A DNA stretch of 64,000 nt from an uncultured delta proteobacterium. Lineage in GTDB: Bacteria; Myxococcota; Myxococcia; Myxococcales; Myxococcaceae. Below, piece by piece: positions 30,305 through 39,722 of this stretch. The notes beneath the pieces were generated by a model. The model did not search any database. It was given only the letters and a program-made list of their open reading frames with translations, and was not told the DNA's origin. Each line of letters starts with the position of its first letter. The stretch's first letter is position 1. A program made the translations under genes and the position numbers. The DNA is taken from assembly GCA_963796055.1 (NCBI GenBank), contig CAWCKH010000001.1:32001-96000 (forward strand). The letters run 5' to 3'.

Positions 30305-30909
30305 TCAACGAAGCGCGTCGAGGAAGGCGCGGGCCACGCCGGACGGGTCCCTCGAGCGGAGGACAGCGCTCTGGACCGCCACGCCGCGACAGAGCGGGAG
30401 CGTCGGCAGGCGCTCGGGCGTCATCCCGCCGAGCGCGAAGCAGGGCACCGGCGCCGCTGCCTCGGTGAGCGTCCTGAAGCCCTCGACCCCCAGGGGCGAT
30501 CGGGTGTCTCCGGGCTTCGAGGCCGCTGCATGGACAGGGGACACGAGCGCCGCGTCGCATCCAACCGCGTCAGCCAGCTCGTCCATCGAATGGACCGCGG
30601 CGCTGATCCAGCGCTCTGCCGGCAGGTGGCGGCGAACCTCCCGGGGCCGGGGAGCGTCGACCGGCAGGTGCAGGTGCGCGTCCACCAGCAAGGCCACGTC
30701 GAGCCGGCCGTTGATCGCCAGCTGCGCCCCCGTGTCCCGGGTCAGGGCCGCCAGCCAGCGCGCGCGCTCGAGAAAGCCCCGTACCAGCGCGCCGGGGTCC
30801 CGGTGCTGGATGCATACGCCCGGGCCGAGCGCGGCGACGGCCTCCAGCGCTGCACGGTGGGTGGCGTCCGGCAACGTCCAGTCGGTGATGACGATGAGCT
30901 TCGGGAGCC

Positions 30910-30913
<4 letters not shown>
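30305..30913 (-). CDS. thiE: Thiamine-phosphate synthase/TenI-like protein (probable CTG start)
   Basis: [38 protein letters not shown]; immediately after thiG. Confidence 0.7.
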
Positions 30914-31683
<770 letters not shown>

Positions 31684-31693
31684 GGGGGGACTT

Positions 31694-31894
31694 CTACGCT
31701 CCTCCCCCCACGAACGTCACCACCTCCAGCGTGTCGCCGTCCCGGAGAGTGACTTCCGGATGCTGCGCCTGGCGAAGCACCTCGCCATTGAGCTCCACCG
31801 CCACCCGGCCCCGGACCCCGAGCTGGGCGACGAGCGCCGCCACGGTCAGGCCGTCGGAGACCTCGCGCCGCTCTCCATTGACGGTCAGGGTCAC
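31694..31894 (-). CDS. thiS: Sulfur carrier ThiS (ends VGGGA)
   Basis: 66 aa; VNGE...VAVELNGEV...[14 protein letters not shown]. Confidence 0.92.
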   Translation of the reverse strand: MTLTVNGERREVSDGLTVAALVAQLGVRGRVAVELNGEVLRQAQHPEVTLRDGDTLEVVTFVGGGA

Positions 31895-32721
31895 TCGAGG
31901 GCCTCGGGGGGCAACCGCCGGAGCTGCGGATCCGCCAGGTAGGTGTCGGTCAATCGCCGCGGCCGCCGGAACCGGTTCAGCTGGTGCCGGAGAATGGCCC
32001 GGGCCATCAGACGCGCTCGCCGCCGCCAGCCGAGGTCGCGCAGCGAGCCCCGCAGAACGCCCAGTCGCTGGAGCCGCAGCTCGCTGATCCGGACCACGTG
32101 GGCGAGGAAGGCCTCGGTGTGCCGGAGGACCTCGTGCTCGGTGCCCAGCCGGCGCTGGATGAAGCGCGCCAGCCGGGGCAGCGCGATCAGGCTGAGGAGG
32201 TTGGCCCCCAGCAGGTCGTCCGCCAGGCCGGGGTGCTCGGCCACGAGGCGAACCGTCTCGGCCTCGCCGAAGGCGACGTGGTGCTCCTCCTGCCGGGCGG
32301 CACCCTCGAGCAGCCGGACGATCTCCGGGGCCTCGATGGTGTCGATGAGCGCCTGGAAGACGGCGAGGACCAGCCCCTCGCCCACCGCCATCTCGGTGGC
32401 GACGTGCTCGGCATAGTCGGTGCCCATCGCCCCGGTGGAGAGGAAGCGCACCACCGGGTGGGGCGGCCCCGGTGTCGTCCCGAGCAGCGCGTGGATGCGC
32501 AGGAACACCCGGACATGCGCGAGCTCCTCGCTCGCCTGGCGGGCGAAGAAGCTGGCGGCCTCGAGGGAGGGCGCTCCGTACAGCCAGTACCCCACCTGGA
32601 TGCCGGTCACCTCTCCATAGAGGAACTGGTCGACGATCCACCCGAGCAGCGCGCGGTCGCGCGGGAGCCGGAAGCGCGCGTCGCCGAAGTCGAAGCGCAG
32701 CTCGTCGCGACTCACGCGCAT
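31891..32721 (-). CDS. Ferritin-like diiron-carboxylate protein (alternative start GTG 32742)
   Basis: YGE...EELAH...GEG...EEHH: paired E/ExxH ligand sets. Confidence 0.75.
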   Translation of the reverse strand: MRVSRDELRFDFGDARFRLPRDRALLGWIVDQFLYGEVTGIQVGYWLYGAPSLEAASFFARQASEELAHVRVFLRIHALLGTTPGPPHPVVRFLSTGAMGTDYAEHVATEMAVGEGLVLAVFQALIDTIEAPEIVRLLEGAARQEEHHVAFGEAETVRLVAEHPGLADDLLGANLLSLIALPRLARFIQRRLGTEHEVLRHTEAFLAHVVRISELRLQRLGVLRGSLRDLGWRRRARLMARAILRHQLNRFRRPRRLTDTYLADPQLRRLPPEALE

Positions 32722-32810
32722 CTGCTGGGTCGGGGTGACCACGGAGCCGACTCTAACGCGGGCGTCGCGGCGGGTGCTCGGCGGTGGCCCGAGCGCTGCG
32801 CGGGTGCGCC

Positions 32811-33788
32811 TCAGGCCTGGCCCGTCCCGGACCCCGGCCGCAGGACGAACCTGCCGACCCGGGGGAGGATCTCGTCGGTGCGGTAGTGGCGGAAGTCCTC
32901 GGCCAGGGGCACCGAGGCGAGCTGCTCCGCGGCACAGGCATCGTGCTCGGCATGCTCCTCGAGCAGCTCGAAGCCGGCTTGCCGGAAGAGACCTCGGAAG
33001 TCCCGGTGGCGCAGCCGGTTCTGGTAGTGGAACGAGGTGTTGAAGTGCGCCCACTCCCGGGAGCTGAAGCGGAGGAAGTTGTAGACGTTGATCTGGCTGT
33101 CGCCGTGGGCGAAGTGATCCGAGTAATCGACGATGTGGCTGACCACGGATCGCTCGTGGCACAGCCGGCGGCTCTCGCGCAGGATGACGCGGAGGTCCGG
33201 CACGGAGATGTGCTCCAGGGTGCTGGTGGTGGCGATGAGGTCGACGCTTCCTGCGGGCAGCCGGGTGTCGCGGGCATCCGCGGGGGCCAGATAGCGGATG
33301 CCGTAGATCTGCTCCAGGCTCCGGTCGAACCCCTGGCCTTCCGGAAGGAGTACGCTGGGGGTCCGGACTCCTCCCTCCGGAGGCTCCTGCTGCAGATGCC
33401 GGATCGCGGCGTTGACGAAGCTCGGACGGACCCAGCGCGAGAGATCCATGACGGTCTGCCGGTTGATGCCCAGGGTCCAGAAGACCAGATTTCCGTAGAG
33501 GTCCCAGCCCGCGCCGAACTCGAAGAGGCGGGCGTCGCCCAGCGGACCGAACCGTTCACGAAAGGCGCGGACGTGGTGCCGCTGTGAGGCGCTGCTCTCC
33601 TGGGTGGGGGAGAGGTGCCGCGGATAGCTCCGGGTCACGTAGCGCTGGAGGAGCGAGTAGGCCGTCCGCTGCATCGGAACGTGCTCGAGCACTCGAAATG
33701 TCAGCGCCTTGAGCCGCCAGTCGCTGAGGACCGCGGAGATCGATCGCGGACGATTCACCTCGGTTCGGAGATCGCTGAGCAGCTGCAC
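32811..33788 (-). CDS. Class I SAM-dependent methyltransferase
   Basis: LFEFGAGW; SVDLIATTSTLEHI; HIVDYSDH; YQNRLR. Confidence 0.75.
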   Translation of the reverse strand: MQLLSDLRTEVNRPRSISAVLSDWRLKALTFRVLEHVPMQRTAYSLLQRYVTRSYPRHLSPTQESSASQRHHVRAFRERFGPLGDARLFEFGAGWDLYGNLVFWTLGINRQTVMDLSRWVRPSFVNAAIRHLQQEPPEGGVRTPSVLLPEGQGFDRSLEQIYGIRYLAPADARDTRLPAGSVDLIATTSTLEHISVPDLRVILRESRRLCHERSVVSHIVDYSDHFAHGDSQINVYNFLRFSSREWAHFNTSFHYQNRLRHRDFRGLFRQAGFELLEEHAEHDACAAEQLASVPLAEDFRHYRTDEILPRVGRFVLRPGSGTGQA

Positions 33789-33934
33789 CGGTGGATCACC
33801 CCTCCGTGGTCCGGACCGAAGCTGGGCATCTTCGGTCGTGTTTGCACCTCCCGTTCGTTTCCCATCGAACTTGTCTCTCCGGGCTGGTCGAATGCGCTCT
33901 CCGCGGGCCGGTCGCTCGCGCACGGACTGGCGGG

Positions 33935-34999
33935 ATGAGCGTCGAGACAGCGCTGGAGGCAGAGGCGAGGGCGCTTCACCGGACCGCGTACGTCGCGGAT
34001 GCGCACGCCGATGCGCTGCTCTGGAACCGGGACCTGCGCGTGCGGCAGCGGCGCGGGCACGTGGACTTCGTCCGGCTCGCCGAGGCGGGGGTGCGGCTGC
34101 AGGCATTCACCGTGGTCTCCCGAGGTTTCCCCTTCATCGGCGGCTTCCCCGCCTTCGCCCTTGCCCACGGCTGGCCGCTCGAGGCGATCCGGAGCCCGTG
34201 GAGGCGGGCGCTCTTCCAGATCGAGCGGCTCACGCTGACCTGCGCCACCGGTGCCGCCGTGCTCGCCACGACTCCGGCAGCGCTGGCTGCAGCCGAGCGC
34301 GAGGGGAAGCTGGCCTGCGTGCTCGGGGTCGAAGGCGGGCACGCGATCGAGGGTCAGGTCGACCGGGTGGCCGAGCTCGCCCGGGGAGGCGTCGCCTTCA
34401 TGGGGCTGACCCACCTCGTCCCGAACGAGCTGGGCGGCTCCTCGTTCCCGCTCCGGGGGCGCCGCGGGCTCACCACCCTCGGCGGCCAGGTGCTCGAGGC
34501 GATGGCGGCCCACGGCCTCGCGGTCGACGTCGCGCACGCCTCACCACGACTCCTGACCGCGCTCCTCGCCCGGGACCAGCCGCGCATCTTCTGCTCGCAC
34601 ACCGGGGTCGCGGCCCTCGGGCCGCAGTGGCGCAACCTGGACGACGTTGCCCTCCGGCGGATCGCCGACCGGGGTGGGGTGGTCGGGATCATCTTCGGCA
34701 CGCCGTACCTCGGCAGTCGTCGTCTGGAAGCGGTGGCCGACCACCTCGAGCACGCGGTCCGGGTCGCGGGCGAGGAGGCGGTGTGCCTCGGCAGCGACTT
34801 CGATGGGCTCGTCCCGCTCCCCGCCGGGATGCGCGACGTGACCGACCTCTGGAAGCTGACCGCCATTCTCCTCGCGCGTGGCCACTCTCGAGTGCGGCTG
34901 GAGCGGATCCTCGGCCTCAACCTGCGCCGGTTCCTGTCCGAGGTGCTCGGCGACCTCGAGCGCCGGCGCTCAGCCCTGGATCCACCCCGGCCAGGATGA
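33935..34999 (+). CDS. Membrane dipeptidase (M19)
   Basis: DAHAD, LGVEG, DVAH, CSHTG, RNLDD, GSDFDG. Confidence 0.9.
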   Translation: MSVETALEAEARALHRTAYVADAHADALLWNRDLRVRQRRGHVDFVRLAEAGVRLQAFTVVSRGFPFIGGFPAFALAHGWPLEAIRSPWRRALFQIERLTLTCATGAAVLATTPAALAAAEREGKLACVLGVEGGHAIEGQVDRVAELARGGVAFMGLTHLVPNELGGSSFPLRGRRGLTTLGGQVLEAMAAHGLAVDVAHASPRLLTALLARDQPRIFCSHTGVAALGPQWRNLDDVALRRIADRGGVVGIIFGTPYLGSRRLEAVADHLEHAVRVAGEEAVCLGSDFDGLVPLPAGMRDVTDLWKLTAILLARGHSRVRLERILGLNLRRFLSEVLGDLERRRSALDPPRPG

Positions 35000-35785
35000 T
35001 CACCGAGCCCGCGCGAGGAACCGGTCGAGTGCGGCATTGAACGCGGCCGGCTGCTCGAGATTGGCCAGGTGGCCGGCGCCTGGAATCTCCACGAGCTCCG
35101 CGCCAGGGACGAGCTCCGCCATCGCCCGCGCCTTCGCCGGCGGGGTAATGACGTCGTCCGCCCCCACCACCACCAGCACCGGCCCGCCGAAGCGGGCGAG
35201 GATGTCACGGGCGTCCGGCCGCAGCGCCATTCCGCGCTGCGCTGCGGCCTGACCCTCGGGCAATCCAGCGCTGATCCACCCGGAGACCCGGGCACGCAGG
35301 GTGGCCGGAGCGCCCGGTCCGAGCAACCGGTCCACCATCGGGAGCAGCGCAGCCGGGCCCTTCGCCAGGACCTCCTGGGCGGTCCTCTCCCGGCCCTCGC
35401 GCCCCTGCGCGTCGTCGGCCGAGGTCTGGGTGTCGGCGAGCAGCAAGGCCCGGACTCGCCCGGGGTCGTTCCGGAGCAGCGCCAGCGCGGCATAGCCACC
35501 CATCGACACCCCGCCCACCACCGCCGAGTCGATCCCGAGGTGGTCGAGGAGAGCGAGCACGTCGTCCGCCATCGCGCCCATCTCGCTCGGCCCCGCGCCG
35601 ACGGTGCTCCCGCCGAACCCGCGCAGGTCCGGCACGATGAACCGCGCCCGACCCGAGAGCGCGGTCCACTGCGGCTCGAACATCTCGCCCTCGAGAGGGA
35701 ACGCGTGGAGGAGGAGCACCGGAGGGCCACTGCCGACGTCACGAAATCGGAGACGCATTCCTCCAGGCGCGGTCCATGTAGGCAT
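35000..35785 (-). CDS. Alpha/beta-fold hydrolase
   Basis: LLHAFP, PDLRGFG, GVSMGG, GADD, AGHLANLEQP. Confidence 0.92.
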   Translation of the reverse strand: MPTWTAPGGMRLRFRDVGSGPPVLLLHAFPLEGEMFEPQWTALSGRARFIVPDLRGFGGSTVGAGPSEMGAMADDVLALLDHLGIDSAVVGGVSMGGYAALALLRNDPGRVRALLLADTQTSADDAQGREGRERTAQEVLAKGPAALLPMVDRLLGPGAPATLRARVSGWISAGLPEGQAAAQRGMALRPDARDILARFGGPVLVVVGADDVITPPAKARAMAELVPGAELVEIPGAGHLANLEQPAAFNAALDRFLARAR

Positions 35786-35790
35786 GCACC

Positions 35791-36984
35791 GTGACATGGA
35801 TCGTCGCGGGGACTCCGTGCAAGCTCTCGGACGGTCCCTTGCTACCCCCCGCACTCGAGTCGGCCCTCTCCACCGTCCCGGAGTCGCAAGCCACCCGTCT
35901 CCGTCAGGTGTGTCACGGCGCGGCGAACGCGCTCGCCCATCTCACCGACCTCGACCTGCTCCAGTACGAATCGACGGTCACCACCTCCAGCCTCGATCTC
36001 TCCACCTGGGAGGAGATGGCGCCGGTGGTCGCGGCGACGCTCCGGGACGTCAACGCCTTCATCGACCTGGTGCGCACCCAGGTGGGGGTGCAGCCCGCGG
36101 CGCGGGGCAACGGGCTGGCCTCGCTGGTCGAGGACGCGGTGCTCGACGATGCGGCCCGCGCCGGGCTCGAGCGGGTGCTCGAGTCCGGCGCCACGCAGCT
36201 GTTCGAGCAGGTCCAGACCCTGGGGGCCAAGGTCCGTGACCCGGGCGTGGTGGCCGACCGGTGGAACCTGCTCGCCGAGGTGCAGGCCTCGCGCACCCGG
36301 TTCCGCGAGCACATCGGCACGCTGGTGTTCGACCTGGTGGCCCCCTTCGGGGACGTCGAGCGCTCCGAGGTCGTCCCCGGGCTCGCCGAGGAGGTGGCGG
36401 GGGCGGTCACGGTCCGCGCGGCGGTGGCCGATCTGCGCCGGGTGCTCGAGGCGCGCGCGACGAAGCTCCGCCAGGCGAGCGCCGAGGACGTGCAGTGGCA
36501 CGCCCAGCACCTCGAGCAGGAGATGGACGCGTTCGGGCGCACCGCCCCCTACCGCTCGCTCCGTGCCCAGGACAAGCGGCGGCTCATCGAGTACCGGCAG
36601 GAGGTCCGGGAGATGGCGGCGGTGCCGCTGCCGGCGAAGGCGGACGTGATGGACGCCTGCCAGCGGGTGCTGGAGCTGGTGAAGAGCCTGGCGGTGGTGA
36701 ACCAGCGGGCGCTGCTCCGCCGCCACGACCACGAGGTGTGGGCCAGGAGCGGAGTGAAGCTCGAGCAGGCCGAGGCGCTCCTCCCCGTCGACCGGCGTGC
36801 CGCCGCGGTCGCCCTGGCCGAGGCCGCAGAGCTGGCCGCCGGCCTCTACGGACGGAGCGAGCCGCTCGACGAGTTCCTCCGCCGGGCCCGCAAGCAGAGC
36901 CTGTCCCTGTTGCCCGCCGAGGAGGTCGACCGGGTGCTCGAGGAGCTCCGGGCGCTGCTGGCCGGGCTTCCGCTCGCCGAGTGA
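35791..36984 (+). CDS. Hypothetical all-helical protein
   Basis: 397-aa ORF with high GC3; no motif recognised; start uncertain. Confidence 0.65.
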   Translation: MTWIVAGTPCKLSDGPLLPPALESALSTVPESQATRLRQVCHGAANALAHLTDLDLLQYESTVTTSSLDLSTWEEMAPVVAATLRDVNAFIDLVRTQVGVQPAARGNGLASLVEDAVLDDAARAGLERVLESGATQLFEQVQTLGAKVRDPGVVADRWNLLAEVQASRTRFREHIGTLVFDLVAPFGDVERSEVVPGLAEEVAGAVTVRAAVADLRRVLEARATKLRQASAEDVQWHAQHLEQEMDAFGRTAPYRSLRAQDKRRLIEYRQEVREMAAVPLPAKADVMDACQRVLELVKSLAVVNQRALLRRHDHEVWARSGVKLEQAEALLPVDRRAAAVALAEAAELAAGLYGRSEPLDEFLRRARKQSLSLLPAEEVDRVLEELRALLAGLPLAE

Positions 36985-37017
36985 GTCCGCCGGGTGGGGT
37001 AGGGTCCTTCGCCCCTC

Positions 37018-37818
37018 ATGACCGAGCTCCGACCGCTCCGCGAGGCCGACCTGTCCCGCGTCGAGGCCGTCTTCACCGACGTCGATGGGACGCTCACCAC
37101 CGGTGGGCGGCTGCGGGCGTCCACCCTCGGCGCGCTGGAGCGGCTCGACCGGGCGGGGGTGCCGGTGGTGCTGGTGACGGGACGGCCGGCCGGCTTCGCC
37201 GAGGCCTGGGCCCGCACGTTACCCGTCTGCGGGGTCATCGCCGAGAACGGCGGCCTCTCGGTGCGGCTCGACGCCCGCGGCGCACTCCGCAAGGCCTACG
37301 CCCGTCCCCGGTCGGTACGGGCCCGCGAGCAGCGCCGGCTGGTGCGGGTGGTGCAGGCGGCCTTGCGCGCCGTGCCCGGGGCGCGCATGTCCACCGACAG
37401 TCTCTACGCCGAGGTGGATCTGGCCATCGACGTCAACGAGGAGGTCCGGCTCGGAGCGGACGCCGTGCGGCGGCTGGAGGACTTTCTCGCCGCCCGCGGA
37501 GTGCACGCGGTTCGCTCCAGCGTTCACGTCAACGCCTGGATCGGCCCGTTCAACAAGGCCGGGATGGTGCGACGCTTCATCCGCTCGGTGTGGAAGGAGC
37601 GGCTCCGTCCGGACGATCGGCGCTACCTGTTCGTCGGTGACAGCCTCAACGACGCCCCGCTGTTCGCCGCGTTCCCGCTCAGCGTGGGGGTGGCCAACGT
37701 GCGCGCCGTGCTGGCCCTGCTCGACCACCGCCCCCGCTTCGTGACCCGGGCGCCCGAGGGCGCGGGCTTCGAGGAGGTGGCCCGTGCGGTGCTGCGGGCG
37801 CGGAGGGCCGGGGCGTGA
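37018..37818 (+). CDS. HAD-IIB family hydrolase
   Basis: TDVDGTLT, VTGRP, IAENGG, FVGDSLND, VGVAN. Confidence 0.88.
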   Translation: MTELRPLREADLSRVEAVFTDVDGTLTTGGRLRASTLGALERLDRAGVPVVLVTGRPAGFAEAWARTLPVCGVIAENGGLSVRLDARGALRKAYARPRSVRAREQRRLVRVVQAALRAVPGARMSTDSLYAEVDLAIDVNEEVRLGADAVRRLEDFLAARGVHAVRSSVHVNAWIGPFNKAGMVRRFIRSVWKERLRPDDRRYLFVGDSLNDAPLFAAFPLSVGVANVRAVLALLDHRPRFVTRAPEGAGFEEVARAVLRARRAGA

Positions 37819-39011
37819 GCCTGGTCCGGCTGGAGCTGCAGCGCGGGCTCGGGCGGCACCTGCGCGCCGGCCACCCCTGGGTCTTCCGCAAGGCGGTGGA
37901 GAAGCTGCCGAAGATTCCTCCGGGGAGCGTGGTGGATCTCACCGAGGGCGGGAAGTTCGTGGCCCGCGGGTACTTCGACCCCCTGAGCCCCATCGCCGTC
38001 CGCGTCCTGACCCGGGATGTGCGGGAGGTCATCGACGGCGACTTCTTCCGCCGCCGCGTCGGGTCCGCGTGGGAGCTCCGCGAGCGGCTCCTGGACCGGA
38101 CCGACACCGACAGCTTCCGGCTGGTGCACGGCGAATCCGACGGGCTTCCGGGCGTGGTGGCCGACCTCTACGCCGGCACGGTGGTCCTCAAGCTGTACTC
38201 GGCCGGGCTCACCCCGGCCCGCGGGATGCTGGTGGACGCGCTCCGGGCGCTCCCGGGGGTCCGGGGGGTGCTGGGGCGAGACCAGCCCGCGGGCGAGGAG
38301 GGCGACGAGGAGGGGAAGGGCCGGGCGCGGCTGCTCTGGGGGGAGGAGCCGGCCGACCCGGTGGTGATCGGCGAGCGCGGGGTGCGCTTCGGCGTCGACG
38401 TCCGCCGCGGCCAGAAGACGGGCTTCTTCCTGGACCAGCGCGAGAACCGCGCACTGGTCCGACGGCTGTCCCGCGGGGCCACGGTGCTGAACTGCTTCAG
38501 CTACTCCGGCGGCTTCAGCGTCAACGCCGCGCTCGGGGGCGCGGCGCGGGTCTTCAGCGTGGACCAGGACGCGGACGCCATCGCGCTGGCCCGGCAGAAC
38601 TTCGTCCGCAACGGCCTCGACCCCAACGCCCACGACTTCCTCGCCGCGGACGTCTTCACCTTGCTGTCCTCCCTCCGCGACGAGGGCCGAAGGTTCGACA
38701 TCGTCATCCTCGATCCGCCGGCCTTCGCCAAGAGCCAGCGGGCGGTGGAGGCCGCCCTGGACGGCTACGCCTCGCTGAACCGGCAGGCGCTCGAGGTGGT
38801 TGCCCCCGGAGGCCTGCTGGTGACCGCCTCCTGCTCGGCCCGGGTGACGCCCGAGGTGTTCGAGGGCGCGGTGAAGGAGGCCGGGTTCAAGGCGGGCGTG
38901 GATCTGACCCTGGTGGAGGAGCGGTACCAGCCGCCGGACCACCCCATCCGCCTCCAGTTCCCCGAGGGGCGCTACCTCAAGTTCCTGGTCCTTCTGGTAA
39001 AACCGTGGTGA
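37815..39011 (+). CDS. RlmI-family (23S m5C1962-like) rRNA methyltransferase
   Basis: GHPWVF, GESDGLPG, GQKTGFFLDQRENR, FSYSGGFS, LDPPAF, SCS, YLK. Confidence 0.88.
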   Translation: MSLVRLELQRGLGRHLRAGHPWVFRKAVEKLPKIPPGSVVDLTEGGKFVARGYFDPLSPIAVRVLTRDVREVIDGDFFRRRVGSAWELRERLLDRTDTDSFRLVHGESDGLPGVVADLYAGTVVLKLYSAGLTPARGMLVDALRALPGVRGVLGRDQPAGEEGDEEGKGRARLLWGEEPADPVVIGERGVRFGVDVRRGQKTGFFLDQRENRALVRRLSRGATVLNCFSYSGGFSVNAALGGAARVFSVDQDADAIALARQNFVRNGLDPNAHDFLAADVFTLLSSLRDEGRRFDIVILDPPAFAKSQRAVEAALDGYASLNRQALEVVAPGGLLVTASCSARVTPEVFEGAVKEAGFKAGVDLTLVEERYQPPDHPIRLQFPEGRYLKFLVLLVKPW

Positions 39012-39631
39012 GCCGGGGTCAGTACCTCGAGCGGCCGGCGCTCATTCCGGTCGGGCAGATCGTCCTCGAGGGGCTCTGGCACCGCGGCCGCAAGCAGCCG
39101 CCGGTCCTGGTCTTGCCGCCCCCGCCCGGGAAGGGGTCGATGGACCACGTGGTGTGTGCCGAGCTGGCCTGGGCCACCGCCCGGACGGGCCGTCCGGTGC
39201 TCCGCTTCAACTTCCGGGGCGTGGGCGCGAGCCAGGGCCCGCTGGGCGACGCCGGCTCGCGGCTCGAGGACGCGGCCGGAGCGCTCCGCCTCCTCCGGGA
39301 AAACACCGCCGCGGTGGGCGTCGCGGTGGCCGCGGTGGGCGGGTCCGCCGACACGGCCGTCGCCCTGGCGCGGGAGCATCCGGGGATCGTGGCGGCCGTC
39401 CTCGTCAGCCCGCCGGCCAGCGTCCTGACACCGAGGCCGGGCTTCCCGCTGCTCTGTATCGTGGGCGAGGACGAGCCGGGTCGGGTGGGACTCCTCGCCG
39501 CCGCGGGGGAGGCCGGAGGTCGGGTGGAGCTGGTCGCCGGCGCAGACGGACGGTTCCAGCGCAACCTTTCCGAGGTGGGGCGGGCGGCCCTCCGATGGCT
39601 CGAAGGTGTCGGCAAGCACCTGGAATCGTGA
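39008..39631 (+). CDS. Alpha/beta hydrolase-fold protein with apparently degenerate active site
   Basis: GSMDH.V, LRFNFRGVGASQG; no G-x-S-x-G. Confidence 0.7.
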   Translation: MSRGQYLERPALIPVGQIVLEGLWHRGRKQPPVLVLPPPPGKGSMDHVVCAELAWATARTGRPVLRFNFRGVGASQGPLGDAGSRLEDAAGALRLLRENTAAVGVAVAAVGGSADTAVALAREHPGIVAAVLVSPPASVLTPRPGFPLLCIVGEDEPGRVGLLAAAGEAGGRVELVAGADGRFQRNLSEVGRAALRWLEGVGKHLES

Positions 39632-39722
39632 AGAAAGACGTGGGCGCCCCAATCGGGGCCGGGCCGGGGCGTATGACGTGCGGGAGGTCGAGTGCGGTCC
39701 TGAGGGGGCGGAAGGAGCCTGG

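Noticed and set aside
32743..33934. TPP riboswitch upstream of the thi genes
   Set aside because: No CTGAGA-type TPP core seen in either upstream gap; an Rfam scan would be decisive
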